In this document: positions 21,404 through 32,786 of the stretch, in pieces | How the letters are laid out: each line of letters begins with the position of its first letter | How positions within the stretch are numbered: position 1 is the stretch's first letter | Assembly: GCA_031422435.1 (NCBI GenBank) | Contig: JANPLU010000030.1 | Location: forward strand, 1 to 64,000 | DNA from: Acaryochloridaceae cyanobacterium VAR_48_metabat_390 | GTDB taxonomy: Bacteria > Cyanobacteriota > Cyanobacteriia > Thermosynechococcales > Thermosynechococcaceae | Length of the DNA stretch: 64,000 bases | Direction of reading: 5' to 3' | Made by a program: the position numbers and the translations under genes | The notes under the pieces: model-generated | Told to the model about the DNA's origin: nothing | The model's input: only the letters and a program-made list of their open reading frames with translations | Database searches by the model: none

Positions 21404-24400
21404 GTGACGTATTGGGGTTGGCAATTGTGGATAGATCGAGGCGGCACGTTTACCGACATTGTGGCACGGCGACCGGATGGAGCATTTGTCGTCCATAAAC
21501 TGCTCTCAGATTGCCCCAGCGCCTACGAAGATGCTGTATTGCAGGGTATCCGCGAAATTTTAGGACTGTCATCTCAAGACCCTATCCCAACGGCGCAAAT
21601 TTCAGCGATCAAAATGGGGACGACGGTAGCAACCAACGCCTTGCTAGAGCGTAAGGGGGCGCGGACTGTATTGGTCATCACCCAAGGCTTTCGGGATGCG
21701 CTACGGATTGGCTATCAAAACCGACCCGATATTTTTGCCCTTGAGATTATTCTGCCTGACCTGCTCTACGAAGAGGCGATTGAGGTGCAGGAACGCTACA
21801 GCGCTCAAGGGGAGGTGTTAGAACCGCTCAATACTGTCGCCCTTCGGCAAAATTTACAGGCCATTTACGATGAGGGCATTCAGAGCTGTGCGATCGCCTT
21901 TATGCACGGCTACCGCTACCCAGATCATGAGAAAGCGGCAGCGGCGATCGCCCGTAATATAGGCTTTACCCAAGTCTCGGTGTCTCATGAAGTTAGCCCG
22001 CTCATCAAGCTTGTGAGCCGAGGCGACACCACCGTTGCGGATGCCTATCTGTCTCCCGTTCTACATCAGTATTTAGACCGCCTTACCCAGACCCTCACCC
22101 AAACGCGCTTGATGGTGATGCAGTCTAATGGCGGACTGATGGAAGCAAACCGAGTGAAAGGTAAAGACGTTATTCTATCTGGGCCAGCGGGGGGCGTTGT
22201 TGGGGCAGTTAAAACCTGCGCTGCGGTGGGAATTGACCGCATCATCGGCTTTGATATGGGCGGCACCTCTACAGATGTTTGTCATTACAACGGCGAGTAC
22301 GAGCGCGTCTTTGACACCGAGGTGGCGGGGGTACGACTGCGTACCCCTATGATGGCAATCCATACCGTGGCAGCAGGGGGTGGTTCAGTTCTGGCGTTTG
22401 ACGGCGTGAAGTTTCGCGTAGGGCCAGAGTCTGCGGGGTCTAATCCGGGGCCTGCCTGCTATCGGCAAAATGGGCCACTAACAGTGACAGACTGCAACGT
22501 GATGGTGGGCAAGATTCAGCCTCAGTTTTTTCCTCAGGTGTTTGGAGCGAGCCGCGATCAGCCGATTGATGAGGCGGTGGTTCAGCAAAAGTTTGCGATT
22601 CTGGCTCAGGACATTTCTCAAAAGACAGACCAGGTTCAGCGCCCCGAACAAGTAGCCCAAGGATTTTTGACCATTGCGGTCGAAAATATGGCAAATGCGA
22701 TTAAAAAAATCTCCCTTCAGCGTGGTTATGACGTGTCGCAGTACACCCTATGCTGCTTTGGCAGCGCGGGTGGGCAGCACGCCTGTGCGATCGCCGAGGT
22801 CTTAGGCATAACGCAGATTCTTATTCATCCCTTTGCAGGTGTTCTTTCTGCCTACGGCATGGGTTTAGCAGACCTGCGCGTGAGTCGCCAGCAGACCGTT
22901 AACACACTGCTTTCCGAGGACGGGATTGCTCAACTGATGCCGCTTTTGGAGCGTTTGGCAGCAGATGCGACAGCAGAACTAACGCAGCAGGGCGTGGATG
23001 GCACAGACTGCGAGGTGCTGCGTACCGCCTATCTGCGCTATGAGGGGACTGACTCAACCATTGGTGTTGCTTGGGGGACGGCGGTGCAGATGCAGGAAGC
23101 GTTTGCGGCGCGTCATCAAACCCTATATGGCTTTGCAGATGAAGGGCGATCGCTCATCATCGAGTCCTTAAGCGTTGAGGCTATAGGGGGCGCAGCAGCC
23201 ATCGAGGAACCTCTTCTCAGCCGCACCACGCCAGATCCACCGCAGCCGACAGCCCAGGTTTCAATCTATACCCGCCACCAGTGGCAGACTGCTCCCGTTT
23301 TTCAGCGCTCTGAGCTGCAGGTGGGCGATCGCATTACAGGGCCAGCCCTCATTCTGGAGCCAACGGGCACCAACATTATTGAGCCAAACTGGGAGGCAAC
23401 TCTTACAAAACGAGGGCACTTATTGATTCGCCGTGTGGCAGTAGCTTTAGCAATGCTGCCGCCTGCTTCTAGCCTAGCCGCAAACGCTTCCCCCGATCCC
23501 GTGCTGCTGGAAGTGTTCAGCAACTTATTTAAGGCGATCGCCGAGCAGATGGGCGTCACGCTTCAAAACACCAGCGCCTCGGTCAATATCAAAGAGCGCC
23601 TCGACTTTTCCTGTGCCCTCTTTGATGGGGCAGGGCAACTGGTCGCCAATGCGCCTCATATTCCCGTGCATTTGGGTTCGATGGGCGATAGCGTGCAGGC
23701 GATCTTGACCGCCTTTGGCGGCATCATGCAGGCTGGGGATGCCTACGTCCTTAACAACCCCTATCAGGGCGGCACCCATCTGCCAGACATTACTGTCGTC
23801 ACGCCCGTTTTTGTGGAAACCGAATCTAAACCCTGTTTTTATGTTGCCTCCCGAGGCCATCATGCCGATATTGGCGGCATTACCCCTGGCTCCATGCCTC
23901 CCAACAGTACAGACATCACTCAAGAAGGGATCTTGATTCAGCCGACTGCCCTCATGCAGCAGGGACAATTCCAGCGTAAAGCAATGCTGGCCTTACTGAG
24001 TACCCAACCTTACCCTGCCCGAAACCCTCAACAAAACCTAGCGGACTTGCAGGCGCAGATTGCAGCCAACCAAACCGGAGTTAATGAACTTCAGCGCATT
24101 GTTCAGCAATACGGCTTAGCAATGGTTCAGGCCTACATGCAGCATGTGCAAGACTATGCCGAACTGTCGGTACGCCGCGCCATTGATCGCCTCCAGGATG
24201 GTCAATTCACCTATCTGATGGATGACGGCACTCAGATCCAGGTCAAAGTTACCATCGATCAGCAGCAGCAGTCTGCTCACATTAACTTTACGGGCACTTC
24301 TCCTCAGCAGCCCACTAATGTTAATGCGCCTACTGCCGTCACCAAGGCAGCAGTTCTGTACGTCTTTCGGACTTTAATTACAGACGCTATCCCGCTGAAT

Positions 24401-25045
24401 GCAGGTTGCCTAAAGCCGCTCACCATCATCATTCCCGAAGGGTGTCTGCTCAATCCGAAGTATCCTGCGGCAGTCGTTGCGGGGAACGTGGAAACCTCCC
24501 AGGCGATCGCCAACGCACTCTACGGCGCTTTAGGTGTCATGGCGGCATCTCAAGGCACCATGAATAACCTTACTTTTGGAACAGATCGGTATCAATACTA
24601 TGAGACGATTTGCGGCGGGTCAGGAGCAGGCCCGTATTTTCACGGAGCCGATGCAATCCAGACCCACATGACGAACTCTCGTCTTACGGATCCTGAAATT
24701 CTAGAGGGGCGTTTTCCCGTTTTGCTGAAGGCGTTCTCTATTAGAACCCACAGCGGCGGTCAAGGGCAATATTCAGGCGGTAAGGGAGTGAGCCGCTCTA
24801 TCCAGTTTTTAGCCCCCATGACCGTTTCAATCCTGTCTAGCCATCGGGTCGTGCCCCCTTTTGGCCTCTACGGTGGACAATCCGGACAGGCTGGGGAAAA
24901 TAGCCTGAAAGTACGCTCAGATGATCAATTTAACCCATTACCCGCTAAAGTCAGCCTTGAGGTTCAACCTGGAGATTGTTTGACTGTCAAAACCCCAGGG
25001 GGAGGTGCCTATGGCGCTTTTCTCCCTGAGGTCAACAAACCCTAA
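21404..25045 (+). CDS. Fused hydantoinase A/B, ATP-dependent 5-oxoprolinase
   Basis: [47 protein letters not shown]. Confidence 0.93.
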   Translation: MTYWGWQLWIDRGGTFTDIVARRPDGAFVVHKLLSDCPSAYEDAVLQGIREILGLSSQDPIPTAQISAIKMGTTVATNALLERKGARTVLVITQGFRDALRIGYQNRPDIFALEIILPDLLYEEAIEVQERYSAQGEVLEPLNTVALRQNLQAIYDEGIQSCAIAFMHGYRYPDHEKAAAAIARNIGFTQVSVSHEVSPLIKLVSRGDTTVADAYLSPVLHQYLDRLTQTLTQTRLMVMQSNGGLMEANRVKGKDVILSGPAGGVVGAVKTCAAVGIDRIIGFDMGGTSTDVCHYNGEYERVFDTEVAGVRLRTPMMAIHTVAAGGGSVLAFDGVKFRVGPESAGSNPGPACYRQNGPLTVTDCNVMVGKIQPQFFPQVFGASRDQPIDEAVVQQKFAILAQDISQKTDQVQRPEQVAQGFLTIAVENMANAIKKISLQRGYDVSQYTLCCFGSAGGQHACAIAEVLGITQILIHPFAGVLSAYGMGLADLRVSRQQTVNTLLSEDGIAQLMPLLERLAADATAELTQQGVDGTDCEVLRTAYLRYEGTDSTIGVAWGTAVQMQEAFAARHQTLYGFADEGRSLIIESLSVEAIGGAAAIEEPLLSRTTPDPPQPTAQVSIYTRHQWQTAPVFQRSELQVGDRITGPALILEPTGTNIIEPNWEATLTKRGHLLIRRVAVALAMLPPASSLAANASPDPVLLEVFSNLFKAIAEQMGVTLQNTSASVNIKERLDFSCALFDGAGQLVANAPHIPVHLGSMGDSVQAILTAFGGIMQAGDAYVLNNPYQGGTHLPDITVVTPVFVETESKPCFYVASRGHHADIGGITPGSMPPNSTDITQEGILIQPTALMQQGQFQRKAMLALLSTQPYPARNPQQNLADLQAQIAANQTGVNELQRIVQQYGLAMVQAYMQHVQDYAELSVRRAIDRLQDGQFTYLMDDGTQIQVKVTIDQQQQSAHINFTGTSPQQPTNVNAPTAVTKAAVLYVFRTLITDAIPLNAGCLKPLTIIIPEGCLLNPKYPAAVVAGNVETSQAIANALYGALGVMAASQGTMNNLTFGTDRYQYYETICGGSGAGPYFHGADAIQTHMTNSRLTDPEILEGRFPVLLKAFSIRTHSGGQGQYSGGKGVSRSIQFLAPMTVSILSSHRVVPPFGLYGGQSGQAGENSLKVRSDDQFNPLPAKVSLEVQPGDCLTVKTPGGGAYGAFLPEVNKP

Positions 25046-25393
25046 CTTTAAAGTCATCGCGGGATAATAGTCACAAGCAAAAAGATTCAGCCTCAGTAAA
25101 AGTGCGTAAAGTCGCTTCCCGTAATCTCACGGTAGCGCTGACGACCCTCAACTCAGCATAATGAGATGAAGTTTAATTGAGCTGCTCATCGCCTTTCCAA
25201 ATGTGGGCAACCTAAGATATGCAGCCCTAGGCCATGACGAACGTTATCAAAATCAAAGATCATTGGCTAGACTTATCAGGGCAAGCGACAGCCATATCCA
25301 CAAGATAAATAGCTGCACTGCCTAGAAATCGGTTTATCAGTCAGTAGTCTCAATTATTCTCTGTCCAGAACTTAATCAGGATTGAAGTGCTTT

Positions 25394-25903
25394 ATGAGTC
25401 CTAAAAGTAACCAGCCCATCGAATTACTCAAAAGCGGTCAGTTGCTTGCCATTACGGACAGTGAACCCTCCGGCATTATTCTGCAAAAACCTTTTTTTGC
25501 AGAATTCATTGGCCCAGGAGCCGCCATTGGCGGTTTATTTGACCTTAACTGCGTCACAATCTACACCCTAGGAAAAGCAGAATTTACAGCTCCAGCCACC
25601 CTAGAAGAGCGTCAGGCTGCCTTTCGTTGCCGCATAGACAACATTGCATCCATGCAAACCCTGTGTCAGCCAGAATCTCCACTTCGCCGTGCTATTGACC
25701 TGCTCGATATGCTCTGCAGTCGCTTTGGAATCGACGAGATCCGCACTATCCCTAATGATGTACTTTCCAAGGTGGTCGGCGTCATGCCAGGAACCATCGC
25801 AATGGCATGGCAAAAACAGTTTAATCTGCAGTCTCCAGCAGATCTCGCTGATGTATCAGAAGAATATGATGGACGGCTTTTTGTTGCTGCTGCTTCTGTT
25901 TAG
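25394..25903 (+). CDS. Hypothetical protein, possibly a degenerate Crp/Fnr-like regulator
   Basis: AEFIGPGAAIG resembles the cNMP beta-barrel segment; IPNDVLSKVVGVMPGTI resembles a Crp-type HTH. Confidence 0.6.
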   Translation: MSPKSNQPIELLKSGQLLAITDSEPSGIILQKPFFAEFIGPGAAIGGLFDLNCVTIYTLGKAEFTAPATLEERQAAFRCRIDNIASMQTLCQPESPLRRAIDLLDMLCSRFGIDEIRTIPNDVLSKVVGVMPGTIAMAWQKQFNLQSPADLADVSEEYDGRLFVAAASV

Positions 25904-25947
25904 ACTTCCATCGAATACAGCGTGAATTTCTCTTTAAGCCTTAGTGT

Positions 25948-26466
25948 TTAAGACTGACAGTTCAAAGACTCGTGGGTACTCATCCCTGTTTTAGAGTTGG
26001 TGCCAGCAGCCGTCTGACAAAGCATATTGCGCTGTTCGCCATCTAACAGCGCGTTTGAAAAGTCGGCTCCAGTAATATGAGCAGCCTTAAAGGTAGAGCG
26101 AAACAGCAGCGCTTCTGACAAAATTGCGTCTTCTAGATTTGCATCCGTAAAGTTAACCTGATCGATCATGGCAAACTGAAAATTTGCGCCCTGCAAGTTT
26201 GCATTTTGCATCACCGAAGCGCTAAAGATTGCGCCGTGCAGATCGGCATCACTAAAATTTGCTCGCTCCATATTGGCATTTGCAAAATCCGCAGCCCGTA
26301 AATCCTGAAGCGAAAAATCCTTGCCTCGCAGATCTCCATTGCTAAAAGACATCGGCTTAATGAGTTCGAGGCTCGACTCGTCAGTAGCGGCGAGACAGGG
26401 TGGCATCATCCAAATCGCACAAATCAACATAGACAAAAGCCCAATCTGAAACCAGCGAGCCATCAT
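25948..26466 (-). CDS. Pentapeptide repeat protein with signal peptide (lumenal type)
   Basis: A(D/N)LxG repeats; C-terminal LC...A.GTNSKTG.ST.ESL.C. Confidence 0.9.
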   Translation of the reverse strand: MMARWFQIGLLSMLICAIWMMPPCLAATDESSLELIKPMSFSNGDLRGKDFSLQDLRAADFANANMERANFSDADLHGAIFSASVMQNANLQGANFQFAMIDQVNFTDANLEDAILSEALLFRSTFKAAHITGADFSNALLDGEQRNMLCQTAAGTNSKTGMSTHESLNCQS

Positions 26467-26555
26467 TTCAATCAATATGCATTTCACAGAGATACCTTTA
26501 CTAATGGCCTAAACAATCGCATCATCACCCAGGTCAGAAAAGAGCCGTTTACTCC

Positions 26556-27509
26556 CTAGACCATTGAGAGTTCACCTACTACCTCTAAGCGCTTAAAGGG
26601 ACTGAGGGTTAAATATCGTTCCGAGAGAGTTTCGGCAATGGCTGGCGTAATCCAGCCTAACTGCTTCAGAATTTCAATAGCAGCGGCATGTTTTGCTCGT
26701 TTTGCCCCGTCCATAACCTTAATAGCCAATCCCATGCCTTCTCCCACTCGCCCAATACACAGCACACCTTCTGCTCCCGTCTTGCTAACCAGCTCTCCAG
26801 CGGTCATTTCCATTAGATCAGTATCAAATTCTCCAGGTCCTGCGACTAAGTTAGGATGGTGAATCATCGCGCGCACAACGCGCTCCATCGAAAGGTTATC
26901 GCCTGAGGCAAGCTGGGCAAATAAAGTTGCCATTTGACCGATCTGCATGAGGTAGGTAGGCACACCGCAGTCATCATGGGCACCAATGAACTCCGCCGCA
27001 GGCATTTTGAGCATGTCTGCCACTTTAGCCAAAATCATCTGCTGAAGGGGGTGCTGCGGCTGCATGTAGGTTTGTAAAGGCCAGCGCTGAAGTTGACAGA
27101 CTGCTAACATCCCCGCATGTTTGCCAGAGCAGTTGTACTGGAGCGGACTATTTCCGCCGTCAGGAATCGGGCACTGAAGCATGGTGAGGTCTACATCGGC
27201 ATGCCACAAAATATTAAAAACCTGGCGCACCTGTTCCATGGTGCCTTTATGGGAACTGCAAATAATGGCGAGGTCGCGATCGCTCAAGCCATAGCGCTCC
27301 ATTACGCCACTCGTCGTCACTACCAAAGCCTGAAATGGCTTCAGTGAGGATCGAACAAAACAGGCTGTCTCAGCACTCCCTGCAACAGAAAGTACCCGAC
27401 CTCGCTCATCGCAGACCACTGCATGAGTTTCGTGAACCGACTCTACGATGCCTTCTCGCAGAAGGCGAATCTCAAGTGCTGTAGCATGGTTACGTTTTCC
27501 CACCGCCAT
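26556..27509 (-). CDS. Asparaginase (Rhizobium-type class) family protein
   Basis: RSSLKPFQA, NCSGKHAGM, KTGAEGV, KVMDGAKRA. Confidence 0.88.
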   Translation of the reverse strand: MAVGKRNHATALEIRLLREGIVESVHETHAVVCDERGRVLSVAGSAETACFVRSSLKPFQALVVTTSGVMERYGLSDRDLAIICSSHKGTMEQVRQVFNILWHADVDLTMLQCPIPDGGNSPLQYNCSGKHAGMLAVCQLQRWPLQTYMQPQHPLQQMILAKVADMLKMPAAEFIGAHDDCGVPTYLMQIGQMATLFAQLASGDNLSMERVVRAMIHHPNLVAGPGEFDTDLMEMTAGELVSKTGAEGVLCIGRVGEGMGLAIKVMDGAKRAKHAAAIEILKQLGWITPAIAETLSERYLTLSPFKRLEVVGELSMV

Positions 27510-27597
27510 GGAGCTGACCTTATCCTAATAAGTTGGGCAAAAATGAATTGGGCAAAAATCAGTAAATGTGTCTCTTTTTAGACACTAAAAGCCAACT

Positions 27598-28095
27598 CTA
27601 GCAGAAGCGCCAAAGGCTTTGACCCACAATGCACAAAAGTCCTAAAATCCCAAAGCTGTATCTCAGTCGCTGAAGGGTAGGCTGAACTTGATAGGTACTA
27701 ATCAAGCGGTCTTGAGTTAGTTCAGCGTGAGGCTTAGTCCAAGATTGACCATCGTACCATCCAGTCTCTTCATAATCGACGGTTTCGCAGTGTAGCCGCC
27801 GATCAACATAAGTCCAGCCTAGATAGAGTCTCAACAGAATGAGGCTGACAAGAACAATTGCCCCACCGTTGGCGGCTAGAAAAAAGCGCCCAAAGGCTTC
27901 GGTCGGCTCAAAACTTGAGGCTGCAATGGGGCCAGCAATAAAGCAGCTCATGCCCCATAACAGACTAAAACGAACCAAAAATGTCTTCAAGTCTGCGCTA
28001 GACCACCCAAAGAACCAAGATTCTTCAAGGCTTTTATACTCGTTAATGGGACGCTGATCGGCAGGGACGGGACAAATGGAGACAGGCGCAGACAT
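27598..28095 (-). CDS. ycf36: CGLD27/Ycf36 family membrane protein
   Basis: CPVPADQRPINEY, RLYLGW, YEETGWYDGQ. Confidence 0.88.
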   Translation of the reverse strand: MSAPVSICPVPADQRPINEYKSLEESWFFGWSSADLKTFLVRFSLLWGMSCFIAGPIAASSFEPTEAFGRFFLAANGGAIVLVSLILLRLYLGWTYVDRRLHCETVDYEETGWYDGQSWTKPHAELTQDRLISTYQVQPTLQRLRYSFGILGLLCIVGQSLWRFC

Positions 28096-28219
28096 GGCAT
28101 CAAAGATTAAACGAGGAAAGTTGATAAGCAGCATCCGTCCTAAAGCGACGACCCATCGGACTACTGCTGGTTCTCTTTTTTAGTCTATAGCAATCCTCAA
28201 AAGAGAATCTGAATCTTGC

Positions 28220-29341
28220 CTATCCTAAGGCGGCAACGAATGCCTTCGGAGAAGCCGCTAGGGGCTTGAGAAGTAAAAGGGCGCTGTAGAGCTGAAAAGC
28301 TGGATCCCAGTTGCTTTCTTCCCGACGAAATAGATTAATGTGAGCGGTTAACTTAGAGAGTAGTTCAGGATGGTCAAGCGCAGTTTCTGCGAAGGATTCA
28401 AAGTCTGAGTAGATGGGTTGCTGAGGCAATTTTTGAGACAGAAGCCCAGAGAGCTGTCTCCAGTTTGCCCAGGCGGTGTTGTGGTTGAGGGGTTGATCTG
28501 AGGTTTTGTTTGGGGTCAGGCTAACCCCACGGTTAAATTGATAGACGGCATCGGAGAAGCGCAAAATGCAGTTTTGTTTCGGTAAATGCAGATCGCAGAA
28601 ATTGGCGTGGTCTTGAGTTTTTTCTTTACGCAAGAGCTTTCCGCGTGCGTCGCGGTCTAGCACTTCTTCAAAAATTGGGATTTGCCCCTCAACTCTTGCG
28701 GCAACGTCTGACCAAGCGAATTGGATAGATCGCTGCGCTTGATTGGTCTCTACAGTCTGAATAGACACTTGTGCTTTTTCTTCAACGGACTCAAAGTGCA
28801 GCACTGGATAGACTTTTACGGTCTTCAGCTGAGAGAGTGGTAGCCAAAAGACCGGAATTCCTTTGTCTTTGAGCTGCTGACCATAGAACTCAAGTTCTCC
28901 AACTGCACCAACGCGGTATAGTCGAATCCCTCGGCTGGGCAACAGCATCTGCGCTGAGTAAGGCTCTAGGTTCATAATTTGAGCGATCGCCTGAGCTGCT
29001 TCTGCTTTCTGCTCTGGAGGAATGGGTGCAAAGACGAGTACGCCAATTTCAGTTTTGATGGGGTCTGCGATCGCCTCTGCAATGGCTTCTTGACGCAATT
29101 GGGTTTTCTGCATCTTGAGTCTTTCTAGTCCCTGACGTGCGGCGAGGGTCAGCCTTGGGTTTTCAGCCTGGCGCAAAAGGTTGCGATAGGTTGTCTCAGC
29201 CTGGTCTCCTTTTTGGGTTGTTTCCCAAAGTCTTGCCCAATAAAGTTGAGTCCAGCTATCTCGCTCGTCTAGGGTGCCGAGCAGCCGCATCACTTCAGCA
29301 TAATTTTCAACTTGAAGTGCCGCTTCAATACGATCTAGCAC
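28220..29341 (-). CDS. Hypothetical protein with TPR-like N-terminus
   Basis: 373-aa ORF co-oriented with rsmE; helical N-terminus. Confidence 0.75.
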   Translation of the reverse strand: MLDRIEAALQVENYAEVMRLLGTLDERDSWTQLYWARLWETTQKGDQAETTYRNLLRQAENPRLTLAARQGLERLKMQKTQLRQEAIAEAIADPIKTEIGVLVFAPIPPEQKAEAAQAIAQIMNLEPYSAQMLLPSRGIRLYRVGAVGELEFYGQQLKDKGIPVFWLPLSQLKTVKVYPVLHFESVEEKAQVSIQTVETNQAQRSIQFAWSDVAARVEGQIPIFEEVLDRDARGKLLRKEKTQDHANFCDLHLPKQNCILRFSDAVYQFNRGVSLTPNKTSDQPLNHNTAWANWRQLSGLLSQKLPQQPIYSDFESFAETALDHPELLSKLTAHINLFRREESNWDPAFQLYSALLLLKPLAASPKAFVAALG

Positions 29342-29360
29342 GCACGATTTCTCCTAAATG

Positions 29361-30113
29361 TTAGTCAATACTTGTTTTAGACTTTCTTTCAATGTGGTGG
29401 GCTAGAATTGCGACCGCTGCCATAGATGCCGTTACCGCTCGCAAAATACGACGACCTAACAAGACGGGTAAAAAGCCTTGGGCGATCGCCCTTTTTTGTT
29501 CTTCAATGGTCCAGCCACCTTCTGGCCCTACCATCATTAGAATGCCCAGTTTTGACGGAAAATTGTCTAAAGTCTGCCCTAAGTTTGTGCTGTCCGGATC
29601 GGTAACGCAGATTAAACGCTGTTGCTCTGAAAAACGCTCCGTTTGCGCCAGCGTTAGTGCGTGGTCAAAAGAGATAGGGGCAAAAATCTCTGGCACGACC
29701 TGCCGACAAGACTGCTCTGCTGCTTCAGTAGCAATCCGTCGCCATCGCTCTAATTTTTCATCACTAGGATTCATAACGGTACGAGCCGTCAGTAAGGGAA
29801 TGAGCGCGGCAATGCCCATTTCTGTGGTAGCCCGAACCACATCGTCAAATCCCTGGCCTTTCGTGAGTGCAGCTAAAAGCGTAATGGGCCGCGCTAATTC
29901 TGTCTGGATCGAAACTGGCTCTAAACACTGCGCCTTAGGTTCAGAAGAATGAAGTTGCGCCAGCCACCACATTTGATGACAGATAGCAATGAAGCGATCG
30001 CCCTCCTTGAGCCGCAGCACCCGCCTTAGATAGTGCTGCTGTTCTGGGGTAAGGGTTATATGACTGTCAACACACTGAGAAGACTCAATGACTAATCGCT
30101 GAAGATGCGCCAT
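29361..30113 (-). CDS. rsmE: 16S rRNA m3U1498 methyltransferase
   Basis: HYLRRVLRL, EAAEQS, VGPEGGW, LGRRILRAVTA. Confidence 0.95.
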   Translation of the reverse strand: MAHLQRLVIESSQCVDSHITLTPEQQHYLRRVLRLKEGDRFIAICHQMWWLAQLHSSEPKAQCLEPVSIQTELARPITLLAALTKGQGFDDVVRATTEMGIAALIPLLTARTVMNPSDEKLERWRRIATEAAEQSCRQVVPEIFAPISFDHALTLAQTERFSEQQRLICVTDPDSTNLGQTLDNFPSKLGILMMVGPEGGWTIEEQKRAIAQGFLPVLLGRRILRAVTASMAAVAILAHHIERKSKTSID

Positions 30114-30126
30114 GCAAACCATCCCA

Positions 30127-30657
30127 CTACAACTGCATGAGTGCCCTTAATGGTTCAGATTGCCCCGCTCTACAGGTCCAAACATCCTGCATTAAAGGGG
30201 CAGCAGCAGCGGCTATGCTGTAGCAGTCTAGCGGATGAGGCGGCGTTAGCAGCAGCGCATTAATGTTGTCATCCTTTGCCTTGACCACATGCACAACCCA
30301 AGGCAGAAAGTCTAAAATCTCGTCGGGCATCAGCGTTAGCTCAAAATGCCAGCGTAAGTTCTGACCCCGAACGGTTTGCCCACGCTTCGCGGCAGCCAGC
30401 AGCCCAGCCCCCTTGTTGACTGAAACACGGAGAATAAAAGGCCGCTCTGGGAAAAATGCGTCTGGTGCTGAATACGCATACACACACACGTAGTTAAGCT
30501 GCTTTCGGGTATCTACCCAAGAGGCCAGAGAAAGCTTCCCCACATAAGAATGCTCGTGGGTGACGCTTACAGGTACACCCATTTGTCCCGAAAATAACGT
30601 ATAAAACTCACCCCTCAACTGAGAAATAATGCGGATTGCCTCTGGGGTCATCGTCAC
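30127..30657 (-). CDS. Hypothetical protein
   Basis: 176-aa ORF ending just upstream of rsmE in the same orientation. Confidence 0.65.
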   Translation of the reverse strand: MTMTPEAIRIISQLRGEFYTLFSGQMGVPVSVTHEHSYVGKLSLASWVDTRKQLNYVCVYAYSAPDAFFPERPFILRVSVNKGAGLLAAAKRGQTVRGQNLRWHFELTLMPDEILDFLPWVVHVVKAKDDNINALLLTPPHPLDCYSIAAAAAPLMQDVWTCRAGQSEPLRALMQL

Positions 30658-30712
30658 TACATCCCTTACAAACAGATCGATGATTGTAGCGCCAACTTCT
30701 TAAAACACAATA

Positions 30713-30749
30713 AAACGTATGAGCGGAAACAATTTCCGCTCATACGTTT
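30713..30749. terminator. 17-bp perfect hairpin, probable terminator after rpsU copy 1
   Basis: AAACGTATGAGCGGAAA-CAA-TTTCCGCTCATACGTTT. Confidence 0.7.
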
Positions 30750-30857
30750 CTGTAGATTGTGACAAAGTTTGCCAATTTCTAAATACAAACGCTGTCGAAT
30801 CTATCATTGACCGTTTAGGCAATATCCTCGACCTTACTGCCGACTTAGCGGTTGATG

Positions 30858-31046
30858 CTAGGTGCTAGACCGTCTACGACGCTGCTTGCGTTTTGCGATC
30901 GCCTTGCGCTTGCGCTTTTCAATGGGGGTTTCAAAGTGGCGATGTTTTTTCATGTCTGGAAAAATGCCGGCCTTAGACACTTCTCGCTTAAAGCGTCGCA
31001 GTGTTGACTCAATTCCTTCACTCTCGCCTGGAATTACTTGGGTCAT
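30858..31046 (-). CDS. rpsU: 30S ribosomal protein S21 (copy 1)
   Basis: [16 protein letters not shown]...[26 protein letters not shown]. Confidence 0.95.
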   Translation of the reverse strand: MTQVIPGESEGIESTLRRFKREVSKAGIFPDMKKHRHFETPIEKRKRKAIAKRKQRRRRSST

Positions 31047-31337
31047 TCCTTCTCCTTTTTCAATCAGTAATGAGGACACAAACTATGGGAAAGTAGCAGC
31101 GGCAGGCAAGGAAAAACTAAAAAGTGCCCTTAGACCTGAAGTTCAAGATCTAGATTTATCAATGCATAATGCCGAGGAAATCGACGGTTATGGATAGGAT
31201 CGCAAAAAATCTCTATCGTTTACATTAGCATATTAAGCTCAACTTTGACCCGAGCGCAATGCTGGATGATATGTACCACAGCCCCTCTAGCTTTAGTGAC
31301 TCAGCCACAGCAGCGCAGATTTTTAGGTGCAGCCCCA

Positions 31338-31619
31338 CTATAGCGATCGCGAAGGAACCCACAGTAAGCCCAGCCCCATTGCGGCAAACCCAGCGGCGGC
31401 AGTAGCCTTCAGCAGATGAATGGGCAAAACCTGTGCAAAGCCTTCCCCAATCAATACGCCCAAAAAGCTTGCAAAGATGAGGGCGCAGGCCGAGCCGAAG
31501 AAAATGGCGCGAGGATGCTGGCACTGACCGCTGAGGGTAATGGCAGCCAACTGGCTCTTATCGCCCAGTTCTGCCACAAACACCATTAAAAAGCTAACGC
31601 CGAGAAGTTTCCAGTCCAT
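31338..31619 (-). CDS. TMEM165/GDT1 (UPF0016) half-transporter
   Basis: FVAELGDKSQ motif, 3 TM helices. Confidence 0.9.
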   Translation of the reverse strand: MDWKLLGVSFLMVFVAELGDKSQLAAITLSGQCQHPRAIFFGSACALIFASFLGVLIGEGFAQVLPIHLLKATAAAGFAAMGLGLLWVPSRSL

Positions 31620-31650
31620 TTTGTATGTCTCCTTTTTAACCTCAGTGAAT

Positions 31651-32028
31651 TTAACCTAGGTGAACCACGTCCCACAGCAGCAGTACCGCAATCAGGAGCA
31701 TACCTATCCCTGTTGCGGTTTGAAGTGTATCTGCTGAAAGTCGGCGTGATAACCATCGCCCCACTAAGACGCCCAGTAAGCTGGTGGAGATTAATGCTGC
31801 TGCCGCCCCCGCAAAGACCACCCACGGAGACTGAGATTCTGCGGCCATCAACAGGGTTGCAAGCTGGGTTTTATCGCCTATTTCTGCCAAGAAAATAGTG
31901 ATAAACGCGGTCAAAAATTCCCGCAGTATTCCAGCCTTCGGTTTGCTAGGGACAGAAGCTGGCTGGGCTGACACTATTGTCTCTGCTGATTCAGCAGCCA
32001 CTTCAGCGGCGGTTAAGGGTTCCAGCAC
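31651..32028 (-). CDS. TMEM165/GDT1 (UPF0016) half-transporter
   Basis: FLAEIGDKTQ motif, 3 TM helices. Confidence 0.9.
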   Translation of the reverse strand: MLEPLTAAEVAAESAETIVSAQPASVPSKPKAGILREFLTAFITIFLAEIGDKTQLATLLMAAESQSPWVVFAGAAAALISTSLLGVLVGRWLSRRLSADTLQTATGIGMLLIAVLLLWDVVHLG

Positions 32029-32183
32029 AGGTGCTCCGTAGAGTTTTCATATTTATTTCATTATTATGACGGCACTTTGGAGTTTTCGCTGCTGATTTTT
32101 AGTAAGGCTCTATCTGGACTGCAAACCTTACAATAAAAAATAGCGGCAACTGCCGTGCTTAAAGCACTACAGAAACATCAAGC

Positions 32184-32783
32184 ATGGGATCTCATCTGCG
32201 ATTTATATTGGCGTCTGCTTCTCCTGCCCGTCGTCAGCTCCTCACAACCATCGGCATTGAGGCTGAGGTGCAGCCCAGTCGCTTTGATGAGTCTACGATT
32301 GAGACGGCTAATCCAATCGATTTGGTGCAAAAGCTAGCCTTCGAGAAAGCGCATCTCATTGCACAACAGCATTCTTCCGCGCTCGTTTTGGGCTGTGATT
32401 CGGTGATGACCCTAGACGGCGAAATTTTTGGCAAGCCGAATGGTCGTGCAGAGGCGATCTCCCGATGGCGGCAGATGTGCGGGCGCACGGGTGAGCTATA
32501 CACAGGCCATGCCTTGTTTGACCTGTATCAAAACCGCAATATTGTGCGCTACCAAAAAACCTTGGTTGAGTTTGCGCTCGTGAGCGAACGTCAGATTGAA
32601 GCCTATGTTGACACCCATGAACCACTACAGTGCGCCGGATGTTTTGCCCTAGACGGTAAAGGTGGCTTATTTGTAGAGCAAATTCACGGGTGTCATAGCA
32701 ACGTGATTGGGCTAAGTCTGCCCTTGCTGCGGCAAATGCTTGCCGGCTTAAGCTATGACGTGACGGATTTTTGGAATCGTTAA
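32184..32783 (+). CDS. maf: Maf family nucleoside triphosphate pyrophosphatase
   Basis: [15 protein letters not shown]...GKP, NVIGLSL. Confidence 0.93.
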   Translation: MGSHLRFILASASPARRQLLTTIGIEAEVQPSRFDESTIETANPIDLVQKLAFEKAHLIAQQHSSALVLGCDSVMTLDGEIFGKPNGRAEAISRWRQMCGRTGELYTGHALFDLYQNRNIVRYQKTLVEFALVSERQIEAYVDTHEPLQCAGCFALDGKGGLFVEQIHGCHSNVIGLSLPLLRQMLAGLSYDVTDFWNR

Positions 32784-32786
32784 AAA

